A stretch of DNA of 58,038 nucleotides from Comamonas sp. lk. GTDB taxonomy: Bacteria > Pseudomonadota > Gammaproteobacteria > Burkholderiales > Burkholderiaceae_C. The notes beneath the pieces were generated by a model that was given only the letters and a program-made list of their open reading frames with translations, was not told the DNA's origin and searched no databases. Both the position numbers and the translations under genes were made by a program. The DNA lies in assembly GCA_945865425.1 (NCBI GenBank), contig CAMBFN010000001.1, positions 1 through 58,038 on the forward strand. Reading direction: 5' to 3'. Below, one piece after another: positions 19,652 to 29,252 of this stretch. Every line of letters begins with the position of its first letter. The stretch's first letter is position 1.

Positions 19652-20838
19652 ACGCAAGCGCTGCGCTGTTACCTGGGGCGCAGACCAGTGGGCCGGGCGC
19701 CGGGCCGCTGACGCTGGGGGTGCTGGGCGGCGGTCAATTAGGCCGCATGTTTGTGCATGCCGCCCAAGCCATGGGTTATGAGACGGCGGTACTGGACCCC
19801 GATGCCGACAGCCCGGCCGGGCGCGTCAGCCACCACCACATCCAAAGCGCCTACCAGGACCCGCAAGGGCTGGCGCAGCTAGCCGCCATTTGCAGCGCCG
19901 TTACCACCGAGTTTGAAAATGTGCCTGCCGACGCGCTGGCCACGCTGGCCGCCACGCGGCTTGTTGCGCCAGGCGCCAAGGCTGTGGCCATTGCGCAAGA
20001 CCGGCTGGCCGAAAAAGCCCACTTCGGCCGCTGCGGCGTTCCCTGCGCGCCCTTTACCGCGATCGCGAGTCCGGCCGATATCGCGGCAGCGCCTGCGGAT
20101 TTGCTACCAGGCATTCTCAAAACCGCGCGCATGGGTTATGACGGCAAAGGGCAGCTGCGGGTGGCCGACCGGGCGCAATTGCGCCATGCTTTTGCCGATC
20201 TGCAACAGCAGGTTTGCGTGTTAGAAAAAATGCTGCCGCTGGCCTTGGAATGCTCGGTCATCCTCGCGCGCGGTGCGGACGGCGACATGGTGCATTTCCC
20301 GGTGCAACGCAATCTACACCGCGCGGGGATTTTGGCAGTTACCGAAGTGTTTAAGGGCAACGTACCAGCGGCGCTGGCCGCACAAGCGGTGCAAGCAGCA
20401 CGCGCTATCGCGCAAGGGCTCTCCTATGTGGGCGTGCTTTGCGTGGAGTTTTTTGTATTGCAAGACGGCAGCCTGGTGGTCAATGAAATCGCTCCGCGCC
20501 CACACAACAGCGGCCACTACAGCCTGGACGCCTGCGATCAGTCGCAGTTTGACTTGCAAGTGCGCACGCTGGCAGGCCTGCCAATGACAGCGCCGCGCCA
20601 GCACAGCGCGGCCGTGATGCTCAACCTCCTGGGCGAACTCTGGGGACCTAGCTTGGACGCTACTCCCCGCTGGGGCGCCGTATTGGCGCTGCCCGGCGCG
20701 CATTTGCATTTATATGGCAAGCGCCAGGCGCGGTCCGGCCGCAAGATGGGCCACCTGACGCTGACCGCCAACAGCCCGCAAGCGGCGCGCGCCAGCGCAC
20801 TTGAGGCCGCGCAGATTTTAGGAATTGAAGCGTTTTAA
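19648..20838 (+). CDS. purK: N5-CAIR synthetase
   Basis: GGGQLGRM, TEFENVP, GYDGKGQ, NEIAPRPHNSGH and GRKMGH motifs; 4-bp overlap with purE. Confidence 0.98.
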   Translation: MNASAALLPGAQTSGPGAGPLTLGVLGGGQLGRMFVHAAQAMGYETAVLDPDADSPAGRVSHHHIQSAYQDPQGLAQLAAICSAVTTEFENVPADALATLAATRLVAPGAKAVAIAQDRLAEKAHFGRCGVPCAPFTAIASPADIAAAPADLLPGILKTARMGYDGKGQLRVADRAQLRHAFADLQQQVCVLEKMLPLALECSVILARGADGDMVHFPVQRNLHRAGILAVTEVFKGNVPAALAAQAVQAARAIAQGLSYVGVLCVEFFVLQDGSLVVNEIAPRPHNSGHYSLDACDQSQFDLQVRTLAGLPMTAPRQHSAAVMLNLLGELWGPSLDATPRWGAVLALPGAHLHLYGKRQARSGRKMGHLTLTANSPQAARASALEAAQILGIEAF

Positions 20839-20881
20839 ACGCGTTTACGCGTTTTTGGCGCCCATTTACCCGCTTAAGCCC

Positions 20882-21979
20882 ATGATTTTGCAAGTGCATG
20901 AAAGCTCCTGTCTGCCGCACTGCGAGCGGGTGTTGCGCCAAGGCGGATTGCTAGGTTTACCCACCGAAACCGTCTATGGCCTAGCGGCTGACGCGGACCA
21001 TGCCCAAGCGGTGACGGCGATTTTTGCCGCCAAAGGCCGTCCGGCAGACCATCCGCTGATCGTGCATGTGGCAGATATGGACGGCGGCCTAAGCGGCGCG
21101 CGCTACTTCGCCCGCGAAATTCCTGAATTTGCCATGCGCCTGATGCAAGCCTTTTGGCCCGGGCCGCTGACCCTGATACTGCCGCGCCGCGACGGGGTGG
21201 CTGCTGCCGCTGCCGGCGGACAAGATTCGGTGGGCCTGCGCTGCCCGGCGCACCCGGCCGCCCAGGCTCTGTTGCGCGCCCTGCGCCACAGCGCGCAAGG
21301 CAGCGTGGTCTGGGGCCTGGCTGCGCCCAGCGCCAACCGTTTCGGGCGCATCAGCCCGACCACGGCGCAGCACGTCCACAGCGAATTCAACACCGGGCGG
21401 GACGCCGATGACCCTGGCGCCTTGCGCATTCTGGACGGCGGACCCTGCGAGGTGGGCATTGAATCGACGATTGTCGATTGCACTCGCGGTGTGCCGGTGC
21501 TTTTGCGCCCAGGGGCGATCAGCATAGAAACACTTGCGCTAGCCTGCGGCCAAGCTGTTCGCCTTGCGCACGAGATGCCAAGCAGCCAGGCCGCGCCGCG
21601 CGCCTCGGGCACTTTGGCTGCGCACTACGCGCCAGATGCCACATTGCGTCTGATGGAGACCGCCGCCTTGCAACAAGCCTTGCAGCCTGGCTCGGGGCAA
21701 CGCCAGGCGGTGGCGGGCCGCATCGGTGTCTATATGCGAACGCGGCCCGGAGTTTCGACGCACGCGGCAGCCCAGCCCCATGGCGGCTTGGAAGGCCAGG
21801 CGCCGCAACTGCTGCTGCGCGCCATGCCCCAGGACGCGACGCGCGCAGCGCAGCACTTGTTTGCCGCCTTGCGCGCGCTCGACGAGGCCGGTGCACAGGA
21901 AATTTGGGTAGAGGCAACGCCCCAGGGCATGGAATGGGCTGGAGTCGCCGACCGCTTGCAACGCGCCAGTGTTGCCTAA
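20882..21979 (+). CDS. L-threonylcarbamoyladenylate synthase (Sua5-type)
   Basis: PTETVYGL, KGRP..HPLIVH, WPGPLT, APSANR, GIESTI and SGTLAAHYAP motifs plus C-terminal SUA5 domain. Confidence 0.95.
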   Translation: MILQVHESSCLPHCERVLRQGGLLGLPTETVYGLAADADHAQAVTAIFAAKGRPADHPLIVHVADMDGGLSGARYFAREIPEFAMRLMQAFWPGPLTLILPRRDGVAAAAAGGQDSVGLRCPAHPAAQALLRALRHSAQGSVVWGLAAPSANRFGRISPTTAQHVHSEFNTGRDADDPGALRILDGGPCEVGIESTIVDCTRGVPVLLRPGAISIETLALACGQAVRLAHEMPSSQAAPRASGTLAAHYAPDATLRLMETAALQQALQPGSGQRQAVAGRIGVYMRTRPGVSTHAAAQPHGGLEGQAPQLLLRAMPQDATRAAQHLFAALRALDEAGAQEIWVEATPQGMEWAGVADRLQRASVA

Positions 21980-21990
21980 GCGCTAAAACT

Positions 21991-23259
21991 CTATTTATCT
22001 ACGGTAAAAACCGTTAAAACGCCGGTATAAGCGTACAAATGCTGATGGGCAATTTCTCCAGCAGCAAAAAATCCGATCAAGGGCACGTCGCCCAAGGCAT
22101 GGCGCACGATCTGCATTTCTGCGCTTGTCCCGCCAAAGTGGGAGCCGCCGCGCCCGGTACAGCTAATGTATATCGCGCCGGCAATGCCTTTTTGCACCGG
22201 CGCAGACGCACTAGTGCCCGAAGCTGTAGCGCCGACGGCCTGCGGCTCAAGCATCTCCTCTGGGCTCAGTTCTTCGCGTATTTCGGCGCAAATGCGCGTT
22301 AAATCCGCGCGCGCGGCCTGCACATTGCGCCGGCAAAAAGCCAATTGCCCGCCAACGCGCGCATGGTCGCTCAGCGCGATGCCTCGGTGGACGGGGTCTA
22401 AGCCGACAATATGGCGGACCAGCACATCACTGCCAAAGTTGCCCGTTTTGCGAACCGCAGCGCTATCGCTGCCCGTGGGCGGATTGGCCAAACCGACCAA
22501 AGTGTTGCGCACCGCTTGCAAGGCTTCCTGGGGCCGCTCCAGCGAAATCGACAAATCTGAGAGCAATGCATCCAAAGCCGCTTCACCGTCCAGGCTGAGC
22601 ACCAAGTTGTTATGTGCCTCGGTAATCACGCGGGCGCGCGACACCGGTTTGCAACCTTGGGTGACGCGTGATACCAGGGCAATTTCAGGACCGAAAGCCA
22701 CGCCGCTCAAGCCCCCACTGAATACGCCTTTAGCTAGGCCTTGGCCGCTCAGGTTGCCATCGGCCGCCAGCGCAAATTGCACGCTTTTACCCCGGCTGCT
22801 GGCCAAGCCGCCAAACAAATAGCCAGTTTCGGTACGGCCCGACATTTCGGCCAACAATTCGGGCAGATCCGCCGTGGCGCCGTCAGCATGCACCAAAGCG
22901 GTATGCGCTTCAAAGCCCATGCTAAGGGGCGAGACACCGGAAAACACGCGGTATTGGTCAGAGGGCAAATCCAGCAGCATGACCGCCATGGCCGGTTCGT
23001 CGAAATACTCCACATTGTTGGCAGCAATGCCTATGCCAACCGTGCCCGACCAGTCGGTAACCGAGGGCAGCTCGGCGCTCAAGTGGTCCAAGATTTCCTG
23101 CGCGTCCTGCGCGTAATGGTCGGTTATATAGAGCAGCGCTAGGGTGGGCGTCACCGCATGCAGCGAGCTTGACATCTGGCCACGCAACTGCGCCAGCACC
23201 AAAGTGCTAGCGCTTTGCCACTGGGGGTGCGTAGCGTGCGCGTAAGAAAAAGTTTGCAT
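21991..23259 (-). CDS. Stand-alone FIST-domain protein
   Basis: FIST_N (LFGGLAS, VTQGCKP) and FIST_C (YISCTGRG...GFFAAGEI...YTGVL) motifs. Confidence 0.88.
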   Translation of the reverse strand: MQTFSYAHATHPQWQSASTLVLAQLRGQMSSSLHAVTPTLALLYITDHYAQDAQEILDHLSAELPSVTDWSGTVGIGIAANNVEYFDEPAMAVMLLDLPSDQYRVFSGVSPLSMGFEAHTALVHADGATADLPELLAEMSGRTETGYLFGGLASSRGKSVQFALAADGNLSGQGLAKGVFSGGLSGVAFGPEIALVSRVTQGCKPVSRARVITEAHNNLVLSLDGEAALDALLSDLSISLERPQEALQAVRNTLVGLANPPTGSDSAAVRKTGNFGSDVLVRHIVGLDPVHRGIALSDHARVGGQLAFCRRNVQAARADLTRICAEIREELSPEEMLEPQAVGATASGTSASAPVQKGIAGAIYISCTGRGGSHFGGTSAEMQIVRHALGDVPLIGFFAAGEIAHQHLYAYTGVLTVFTVDK

Positions 23260-23289
23260 AGTTAATTGACTGGACACGCTTGCGCCGTT

Positions 23290-23916
23290 TTAGGTGGCGC
23301 TGCGGCGCGGCTTGGCGCTCTTTTTAGCCGCCGTGGTTTTGCGTGGCGCTTTGCCTGTAGTTTTGGCTGCGGCACGCTTTGATTTGGTAGCGCTGGGTTT
23401 GCCGGCGGCTTTCGCACTCTGGACTACCGCCTCACTGTGCTTGGCCGCATCCTGGAGCGCTGTGCTGGCAATATGCTGGAACTGCTGCGTGAGCGCACCC
23501 CATAGCTGCATCGGGTCTATCACCTTGCTGGCAGCGGGCTCTGGTTCGGGCGCGGGTGGCGGTGCGGCGGGAGCTGCCGGTGCCGGCTTGGGGGCGGCAG
23601 CGGCTTGCGCGGCACCGGGCATGCCCATGGTGAAGTTCATGCCCTTTAAGGTTTCCATGGTCATTTTTTGCACTTCCAGCGCCTGGATGGTGGCGCTGAG
23701 TGCGCGGGCGTTTTGGTCCAGCCAGAACTGCACATGCTTGAGCTCTTCGATGCGCTTTTCCAGGTCCTCGACTTTGAGGCTGGGCACCAGCCAATGCGCC
23801 ATATTAGGCATGGCCGATGGGCTGCCTCCCGCGCCACCGGCGGCCTTGGCCAGATTTTGCAGAAAGTCAAAACCGGGCACGAATTTGCCGAATCCTGCAG
23901 TATCTGAAGTGCTCAT
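23290..23916 (-). CDS. phaM: PhaM-family PHA-granule/nucleoid-associated protein
   Basis: LEKRIEELKHVQFWLDQNARAL..TIQALEVQK coiled coil, WGALTQQFQHIA and Lys/Ala-rich C-terminus. Confidence 0.8.
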   Translation of the reverse strand: MSTSDTAGFGKFVPGFDFLQNLAKAAGGAGGSPSAMPNMAHWLVPSLKVEDLEKRIEELKHVQFWLDQNARALSATIQALEVQKMTMETLKGMNFTMGMPGAAQAAAAPKPAPAAPAAPPPAPEPEPAASKVIDPMQLWGALTQQFQHIASTALQDAAKHSEAVVQSAKAAGKPSATKSKRAAAKTTGKAPRKTTAAKKSAKPRRSAT

Positions 23917-24098
23917 GGAGGGGCTCCTGGGTTGTGCTGTGCAGCCTATGCCAAGCGGCCCAAGCTTACCTGAAGCGCACCAGCAGCCCCCCCGCAGGCG
24001 CGCACCGCAAACGCAGCCATCTGCCGTGGTGTCACCAGCGCATGGCCCGATTCTTACCACTGGCCAACGGAATCGCCGCCCGGCACACAATACAGCTT

Positions 24099-24734
24099 AT
24101 GTGCAGCCATTACCAAGGCATTCAGGGGCGCGAACGGTTTGAGCGCCATTTCGGCACCGCCCTGCCAGAGGACGCGGGCCAGGCCGATGTCTGGCCGGGC
24201 TACCGGGCGCTGTTTATCCGCAACACACCGGCGGGAGCGCCCCCGACTGCGCCCCATTGGCAGGCGCTAACCGGTTTATTTGGCCTGGTGCCGCATTGGT
24301 CTACCGACTTGCGTATGACGCGCCACACCTATAACGCGCGAAGTGAAACCGCCTTCGAAAAACCCAGCTTTCGCGATGCCTGGCGGCGCAGCCAGCACTG
24401 CATCATTGCGGCCGAGGCCTTGTTCGAGCCGGACTGGCGCAGCGGGCGGGCAGTAGCAGCGCGCATTGCCAGCGCCGACGGTGCGCCGCTGGGCGTGGCC
24501 GGTTTGTGGTCTTGCTGGCGAGTGCAGGAGCAGGAAATCTTCAGTTTCACCATGCTGACGGTGAACGCCGACGACCATCCCGTGATGCGCCTGATGCACA
24601 AGCCGGGGGAGGAAAAGCGCATGGTCGTGGTGCTGCCGCCACAGCACTACGGAGACTGGCTGTCCATGCCGGCACGCGAAAGCCTGGCTTTTTTACAAGG
24701 CCAGCGCGAACCCGACCGACTCGTCCTGACCTAA
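24099..24734 (+). CDS. SOS response-associated peptidase (SRAP/HMCES/YedK family)
   Basis: Catalytic Cys at position 2 (MCSHY), FGLVP, YNARSET, EPDW and MHKPGEEKRMVV motifs. Confidence 0.92.
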   Translation: MCSHYQGIQGRERFERHFGTALPEDAGQADVWPGYRALFIRNTPAGAPPTAPHWQALTGLFGLVPHWSTDLRMTRHTYNARSETAFEKPSFRDAWRRSQHCIIAAEALFEPDWRSGRAVAARIASADGAPLGVAGLWSCWRVQEQEIFSFTMLTVNADDHPVMRLMHKPGEEKRMVVVLPPQHYGDWLSMPARESLAFLQGQREPDRLVLT

Positions 24735-24802
24735 TGCGCCTGACCAACAGCCGGCTGGCTTAAGAAGGCGTCGAACCCAGGGGGCCGCCTCAAAGAATCG
24801 GC

Positions 24803-24832
24803 AAAAATAAGCCCTGCCAAGGCTTGCAGGGC
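24803..24832 (-). terminator. Intrinsic terminator of the 24842-25243 gene
   Basis: Minus strand GCCCTGC-N8-GCAGGGC followed by TTATTTTT. Confidence 0.7.
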
Positions 24833-24841
24833 CGCAAGCGC

Positions 24842-25243
24842 TTAAGTTTCGACGCTACGGGAGTGGGCGGCGCGCAGTTCTTGGCGCACGCGCGGGTCCT
24901 GTAGGGCCAGTTCCCAGGCCGCTTGCTCGTAGTGGGCCTGCGCGCGCGCTGCGAACCAGTTTTGTAGCGCTAACGCCGCCGCCACGCTGGCAATACGTAG
25001 CGGGCGAGCCAGCAAGGCCAAGCCGGCAAACAGCGCCGACCACAGCAGGACCCAGGCCAACAACAAATGGCCTTCGGCCCAGTTGTCTATCAACTGCTCG
25101 GCAATCACCATCAAAGCGGCCAACACCGCAGCCGACAAGAGGCCGGCCAGGGTTCGCGAAGCCTTGACGGTCTGTTTTTTGGCAAGCATGCCGGGGGCGC
25201 GCGGCGCGCTGGACGGTAATAAAAATGGGGTGAAATAGGACAT
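24842..25243 (-). CDS. Small hypothetical membrane protein (2 TM), divergent from LysR
   Basis: AGGAG RBS, sigma70 promoter, two hydrophobic helices, C-terminal DPRVRQELRAA, own terminator. Confidence 0.8.
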   Translation of the reverse strand: MSYFTPFLLPSSAPRAPGMLAKKQTVKASRTLAGLLSAAVLAALMVIAEQLIDNWAEGHLLLAWVLLWSALFAGLALLARPLRIASVAAALALQNWFAARAQAHYEQAAWELALQDPRVRQELRAAHSRSVET

Positions 25244-25297
25244 ACCGGTCTCCTTTAACGGCTTGTATCAAGTCGAGATACAGCGCATATGGGGTCG

Positions 25298-25326
25298 ATA
25301 CTAGGGTTTACACTAATACGAGTCAA
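25298..25326 (-). promoter_or_regulatory. Sigma70-type promoter TTGACT-N17-TAGTAT
   Basis: Near-consensus hexamers with a 17-bp spacer on the minus strand upstream of 25243. Confidence 0.65.
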
Positions 25327-25365
25327 CTTTATATTTGTGATTTCATACATTCATACAATCTATTT

Positions 25366-26331
25366 ATGGCTCTGCCCGTACCGCAACTGCGCAACTTCGA
25401 CCTGAACCTGCTCAAAATATTTGACGTGGTGATGGCCGAACGCAGCCTGACGCGGGCCGCCCAGGTGCTATCGCTCACCCAGCCGGCGGTGAGCAATGCC
25501 TTGCGCCGCCTGCGCGAGGCATTGGGCGACGAAGTGCTGGTACGTCGGGGACGCAGCTTAGAGGCCACGCCCAAGGCCTTGCTGCTATGGCCGCAGGTGC
25601 GCGAGGCGCTGGCACGCTTGCAAAACGCCCTGGCGCCGCACCCGTTTGCGCCCGCCGATACGGTGTGTAGCTTTGTGCTGACCATGGCCGACGCCACCGC
25701 ATCCCAGCTGATGCCAGGCTTGGTGCAAGGCTTGATGCGGCAAGCGCCGGGCGTGTCTTTGCGCTGCGTGCCCCTGACCACGCGTGACCCCCGGCGCATG
25801 CTCGAAGACGGTGAGGTGGACCTGGCCGTGGGTCATTTCCCTGCGGCCCTGGCCGCCATCGCACAGCAAGGGCACAACGGGCAGGTGGTGCGCTTTGGCC
25901 AGCAAAGGCTTTTTTCCAGTGACTATGTGTGCGTGATGCGCAGCGACCATGTGCTGGCCGGCGCACCGCTGAGCCTGGATGCGTTTTGCCAGGCCCAGCA
26001 TGTGCTGGTGAGTTTTTCGGGCCGCGCTTACGGGTTGATTGATGAAGCACTGGCCCGGGTCAATCGCTCGCGCCGCGTGGTGCTGACGGTGAACCAGTTT
26101 TTTACCACCGGCAGCGTGGTAGCGCAATCGGATTTACTGGCTGTGCTGCCACGCCATTTTGTAGAAGTCACCGGCTATGCACCACAACTGGCGGTGCATG
26201 AATTACCCTTTGACGTACCGCCGATTCAGGTCGATGCGCTTTGGCATCAGCGCCATGATGCGGACAGTGCGCAAAGCTGGTTGCGCGCCCAGGTACATGC
26301 GGTGGCGCAGGCTGTGCCCAGGAGCGCCTAA
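25366..26331 (+). CDS. LysR family regulator (NodD/DntR/LeuO-like)
   Basis: FDLNLLKIF...SLTRAAQVLSLTQPAVSNALRRLR HTH; substrate-binding domain. Confidence 0.95.
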   Translation: MALPVPQLRNFDLNLLKIFDVVMAERSLTRAAQVLSLTQPAVSNALRRLREALGDEVLVRRGRSLEATPKALLLWPQVREALARLQNALAPHPFAPADTVCSFVLTMADATASQLMPGLVQGLMRQAPGVSLRCVPLTTRDPRRMLEDGEVDLAVGHFPAALAAIAQQGHNGQVVRFGQQRLFSSDYVCVMRSDHVLAGAPLSLDAFCQAQHVLVSFSGRAYGLIDEALARVNRSRRVVLTVNQFFTTGSVVAQSDLLAVLPRHFVEVTGYAPQLAVHELPFDVPPIQVDALWHQRHDADSAQSWLRAQVHAVAQAVPRSA

Positions 26332-27152
26332 TGAAACTGCAATTGCTCTCCGACCTGCATCTGGAATCGCAGCCCGATTTTGCGCCGCGTCCAGCCCCAG
26401 AGGCGGACTTTTTGGTGCTGGCAGGGGACATTGGCTCCTACCAAAAGGGCTCTCAATTGCAAGACGCAGATTTCGGCCTGGCGCGGTTTTCTCCGCTGCA
26501 CGGATGGCCGGTGCCAGTGTATTTTGTGCCAGGCAACCATGAGTACGACATGCTCGATTTTGATGTCGGCCAAGCGCGATTGCGCGAGACCTGTGCGCGC
26601 CTGGGCATTACTTGGCTGGACCGGCAGTTGCTCACGCTGACGGGACGCAGTGCCGATGGCCAGGCCCTGCGCCTGCTGGGCACCACGCTATGGACAGACT
26701 TCGATGCACTGGCCGCACGAGAGGGCGGCGCACCCGACCCCAAGGCGCGCGAAAAAGCCTTTCGCGCCGCCGACTACTACCTCAAAAAAACCGGTACGCA
26801 GCGCCATGGCCTGCCTTTTCTGTCTGAAGCGATACGCGAGGAAGGCCTGCAATGCCAAGCTTGGTTACGCCATGCATTAGGCCAAGCCTTTGAAGGTAAA
26901 ACTATCGTGGTGACGCACTTTGCGCCCAGCCTGCACAGTGCCGACCCGCGCTATGGCCGGGTGCCGGGCACCGCCGGTTTTTGCAATGCGCTGGATGACT
27001 TGCTAGCGCAGGCCGCGCTCTGGTTGCATGGACATTTGCACCTCGCGCAAGACTATGTGCACCGGGGCTGCCGCGTCGTGGCCAATCCGCTGGGCTATGC
27101 CCACAAAAAAGAGCAGGCACAATTTCGCGCGCAGGCGGTGATTGAAATTTAA
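26331..27152 (+). CDS. Calcineurin-like metallophosphoesterase
   Basis: SDLHLE, LAGDI, VPGNHE, VVTHFAP and WLHGHLH motifs; 1-bp overlap with the LysR gene. Confidence 0.93.
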   Translation: MKLQLLSDLHLESQPDFAPRPAPEADFLVLAGDIGSYQKGSQLQDADFGLARFSPLHGWPVPVYFVPGNHEYDMLDFDVGQARLRETCARLGITWLDRQLLTLTGRSADGQALRLLGTTLWTDFDALAAREGGAPDPKAREKAFRAADYYLKKTGTQRHGLPFLSEAIREEGLQCQAWLRHALGQAFEGKTIVVTHFAPSLHSADPRYGRVPGTAGFCNALDDLLAQAALWLHGHLHLAQDYVHRGCRVVANPLGYAHKKEQAQFRAQAVIEI

Positions 27153-27763
27153 CGGGCCGCTAATCCATCAAAGCAGGTGCTCATGACCAGGTCGATGATT
27201 TGCGCATCATTGTGCTGGCCGCCCATTTTTAAGAACTCCAGCACCGGGTCGCAGGCGCGGGCGTACAAGGTGTAGAGCACGGCAATGGGCGGCAAGCTCG
27301 ATTGCAAATGGCCTTGCGCTTGGGCCTCTTCAATCCAGGCGCCCAAGCGGTCGCTCACTTCAATCAGGCCATCCATGTACTGCGCATTGGCCATGAGCTT
27401 GGCGCGCAGTGTGGAATTGCGACTAGGCAGAGAGGGCATCTGGCCTAGCAATTGCAACTCCATAGTCCAGCGCGCCACCGCTCGCAGTTGCACCATGGCG
27501 TTTTGCGCCGGCAGTTCGCGCAAGTAGTCTTGGGCTCTTTGCATCAGCTTGACCATGGCCGCCGCCGCCAGGTCTTCTTTGCTGGGGAAATGCTTGTACA
27601 AGCTGGCTTTGGCGATGCCCACGGTGGCGGCAACTTCATCCACGGTCATGGCCTCAAAACCTTTTTGCGCCAACAGCGCGCTGGCGGTCTGGATGATGGC
27701 ATCCTCGCGCGCCTGTAGCATCTGGGTTTTGAAGGACACTTTAGGCAGCGATTTGGAAGGCAT
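27149..27763 (-). CDS. TetR/AcrR family regulator
   Basis: GFEAMTVDEVAATVGIAKASLYKHFPSKEDL HTH. Confidence 0.95.
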   Translation of the reverse strand: MPSKSLPKVSFKTQMLQAREDAIIQTASALLAQKGFEAMTVDEVAATVGIAKASLYKHFPSKEDLAAAAMVKLMQRAQDYLRELPAQNAMVQLRAVARWTMELQLLGQMPSLPSRNSTLRAKLMANAQYMDGLIEVSDRLGAWIEEAQAQGHLQSSLPPIAVLYTLYARACDPVLEFLKMGGQHNDAQIIDLVMSTCFDGLAAR

Positions 27764-27893
27764 GTATGAATTTTAGCCTTTGGGTTGTTTTGTAATCTTT
27801 CCCGATCATTTTGCGACCCCGTGGTTCAATTGATGACTTGGGTCACCCGCGCTTCTTAGCCGCCATGCTGGCGGGCGCACAACCGGATCTGTT

Positions 27894-29225
27894 ATGCATA
27901 TTGTTGTGGTGGGTGCCGGCATCATCGGCACCAGCACTGCCTGGTACCTGGCCGAGCGCGGCCACCGTGTCACGGTGGTGGAACGGCAGGCCGATGCGGC
28001 GCTGGAAACCAGTTTTGCCAATGCCGGGCAGATTTCGGTCAGCCATTGCGAACCCTGGGCTAACCGCGATGCGCCCCTTAAAGCGCTCAAGTGGATGTTT
28101 AGCAAAGAAGCGCCGCTTTTGTTTAGGCCGCAGTGGCCCGTGGGCGAAGGCTGGCAGCAATACCGCTGGAGTTTGGGCTTTTTGGCCGAATGCAACGATG
28201 CGGCTTTCCACCGCAATGTGGGTCACATTGTGGCCTTGGGCACTTACAGCCATCTGGCACTCAAAGAACTGGTGGCGCAAACCGGCATCGACTACCACCG
28301 CTTGGAGCGCGGCATCGCGCATTTTTTTGCCGACCAGGCCGCCTTCGACAGTGCCTGCGAACTGGCTCGCTTGATGCAGCAGTTTGGCGTGCAGCGCGAG
28401 GTCATCAGCACCACCGAATTGCTGCAATTGGAGCCTACCCTAGCACCGTTTGGCGACCAGATTGCAGGCGCCACCTATACCGCTAGCGATGAGTCGGGTG
28501 ATGCGTGTGTGTTCACCCAAACCTTAGCGCGCCGCTGTGCTGCGCGGGGCGTAGAGTTTTTGTTTTCCCACCATCTAGAGGCGCTGGAGGTGACGGGCGC
28601 CACGGTACGCGGGGTATGTGTACGCCCGGTGGCAAATGAGTGCGCAACTGAAGGAGCAAGCGCAGGCGGCAGTGTTCGTGCGCTAGCTGCCGATGCAGTG
28701 GTGGTCGCCTGCGGCTCCTACAGCGCACCCGTGCTGCGCAGCGTGGGCGTGGACTTGCTGATTTATCCTGGCAAAGGCTATAGCGCCACCTTCCCGATAT
28801 TGCGGCCCGAGCGGGCGCCTTCGGTATCGGTGATCGACGACTCGCGCAAGATAGCCATCACCCGCCTGGGCGACCAAATCCGGGTGGCCGGCACCATCGA
28901 GGTAGGCGGCTACGACCTGGGCTTGGACAGCCCGGTTTCACAAGCGCGCTGCCAGATGCTGGCGCGCCGGGTAGAGGAAATCTGGCCCGGCATGTGCGAC
29001 ACCCGTTTAGCGCCTGAAGGGGGCCATCCGCAGTTCTGGGCCGGTTTGCGTCCGGCCACGCCAACCAATATTCCCTACATCGGCCAGACACCGGTGCGCG
29101 GGCTATGGGTCAACGCCGGCCACGGCACCTTGGGCTGGACGCACGGGGCCGGCTCGGGCAAGGCCCTGGCCGCACGCATGGACGGCGAAAACCCGATTGC
29201 GGGCTTTCCATTTTGCGGCGCTTAG
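27894..29225 (+). CDS. D-amino acid dehydrogenase (DadA-like)
   Basis: GAGIIG FAD motif, ETSFANAGQIS, YPGKGYS, WAGLRPATP and NAGHGTLGWT motifs. Confidence 0.92.
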   Translation: MHIVVVGAGIIGTSTAWYLAERGHRVTVVERQADAALETSFANAGQISVSHCEPWANRDAPLKALKWMFSKEAPLLFRPQWPVGEGWQQYRWSLGFLAECNDAAFHRNVGHIVALGTYSHLALKELVAQTGIDYHRLERGIAHFFADQAAFDSACELARLMQQFGVQREVISTTELLQLEPTLAPFGDQIAGATYTASDESGDACVFTQTLARRCAARGVEFLFSHHLEALEVTGATVRGVCVRPVANECATEGASAGGSVRALAADAVVVACGSYSAPVLRSVGVDLLIYPGKGYSATFPILRPERAPSVSVIDDSRKIAITRLGDQIRVAGTIEVGGYDLGLDSPVSQARCQMLARRVEEIWPGMCDTRLAPEGGHPQFWAGLRPATPTNIPYIGQTPVRGLWVNAGHGTLGWTHGAGSGKALAARMDGENPIAGFPFCGA

Positions 29226-29247
29226 GCAGGGGCTGCCAGCCCCTGCC
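29225..29247. terminator. Perfect 10-bp hairpin between convergent genes
   Basis: GGCAGGGGCT-GCC-AGCCCCTGCC; there is no U-tract, so terminator function is uncertain. Confidence 0.5.
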
Positions 29248-29252
29248 CGCCC

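Noticed and set aside
23294-24142. 282-aa plus-strand ORF and the N-terminal extension of the SRAP ORF
   Set aside because: Antisense shadow of phaM; SRAP requires Cys at position 2, which fixes the start at 24099.
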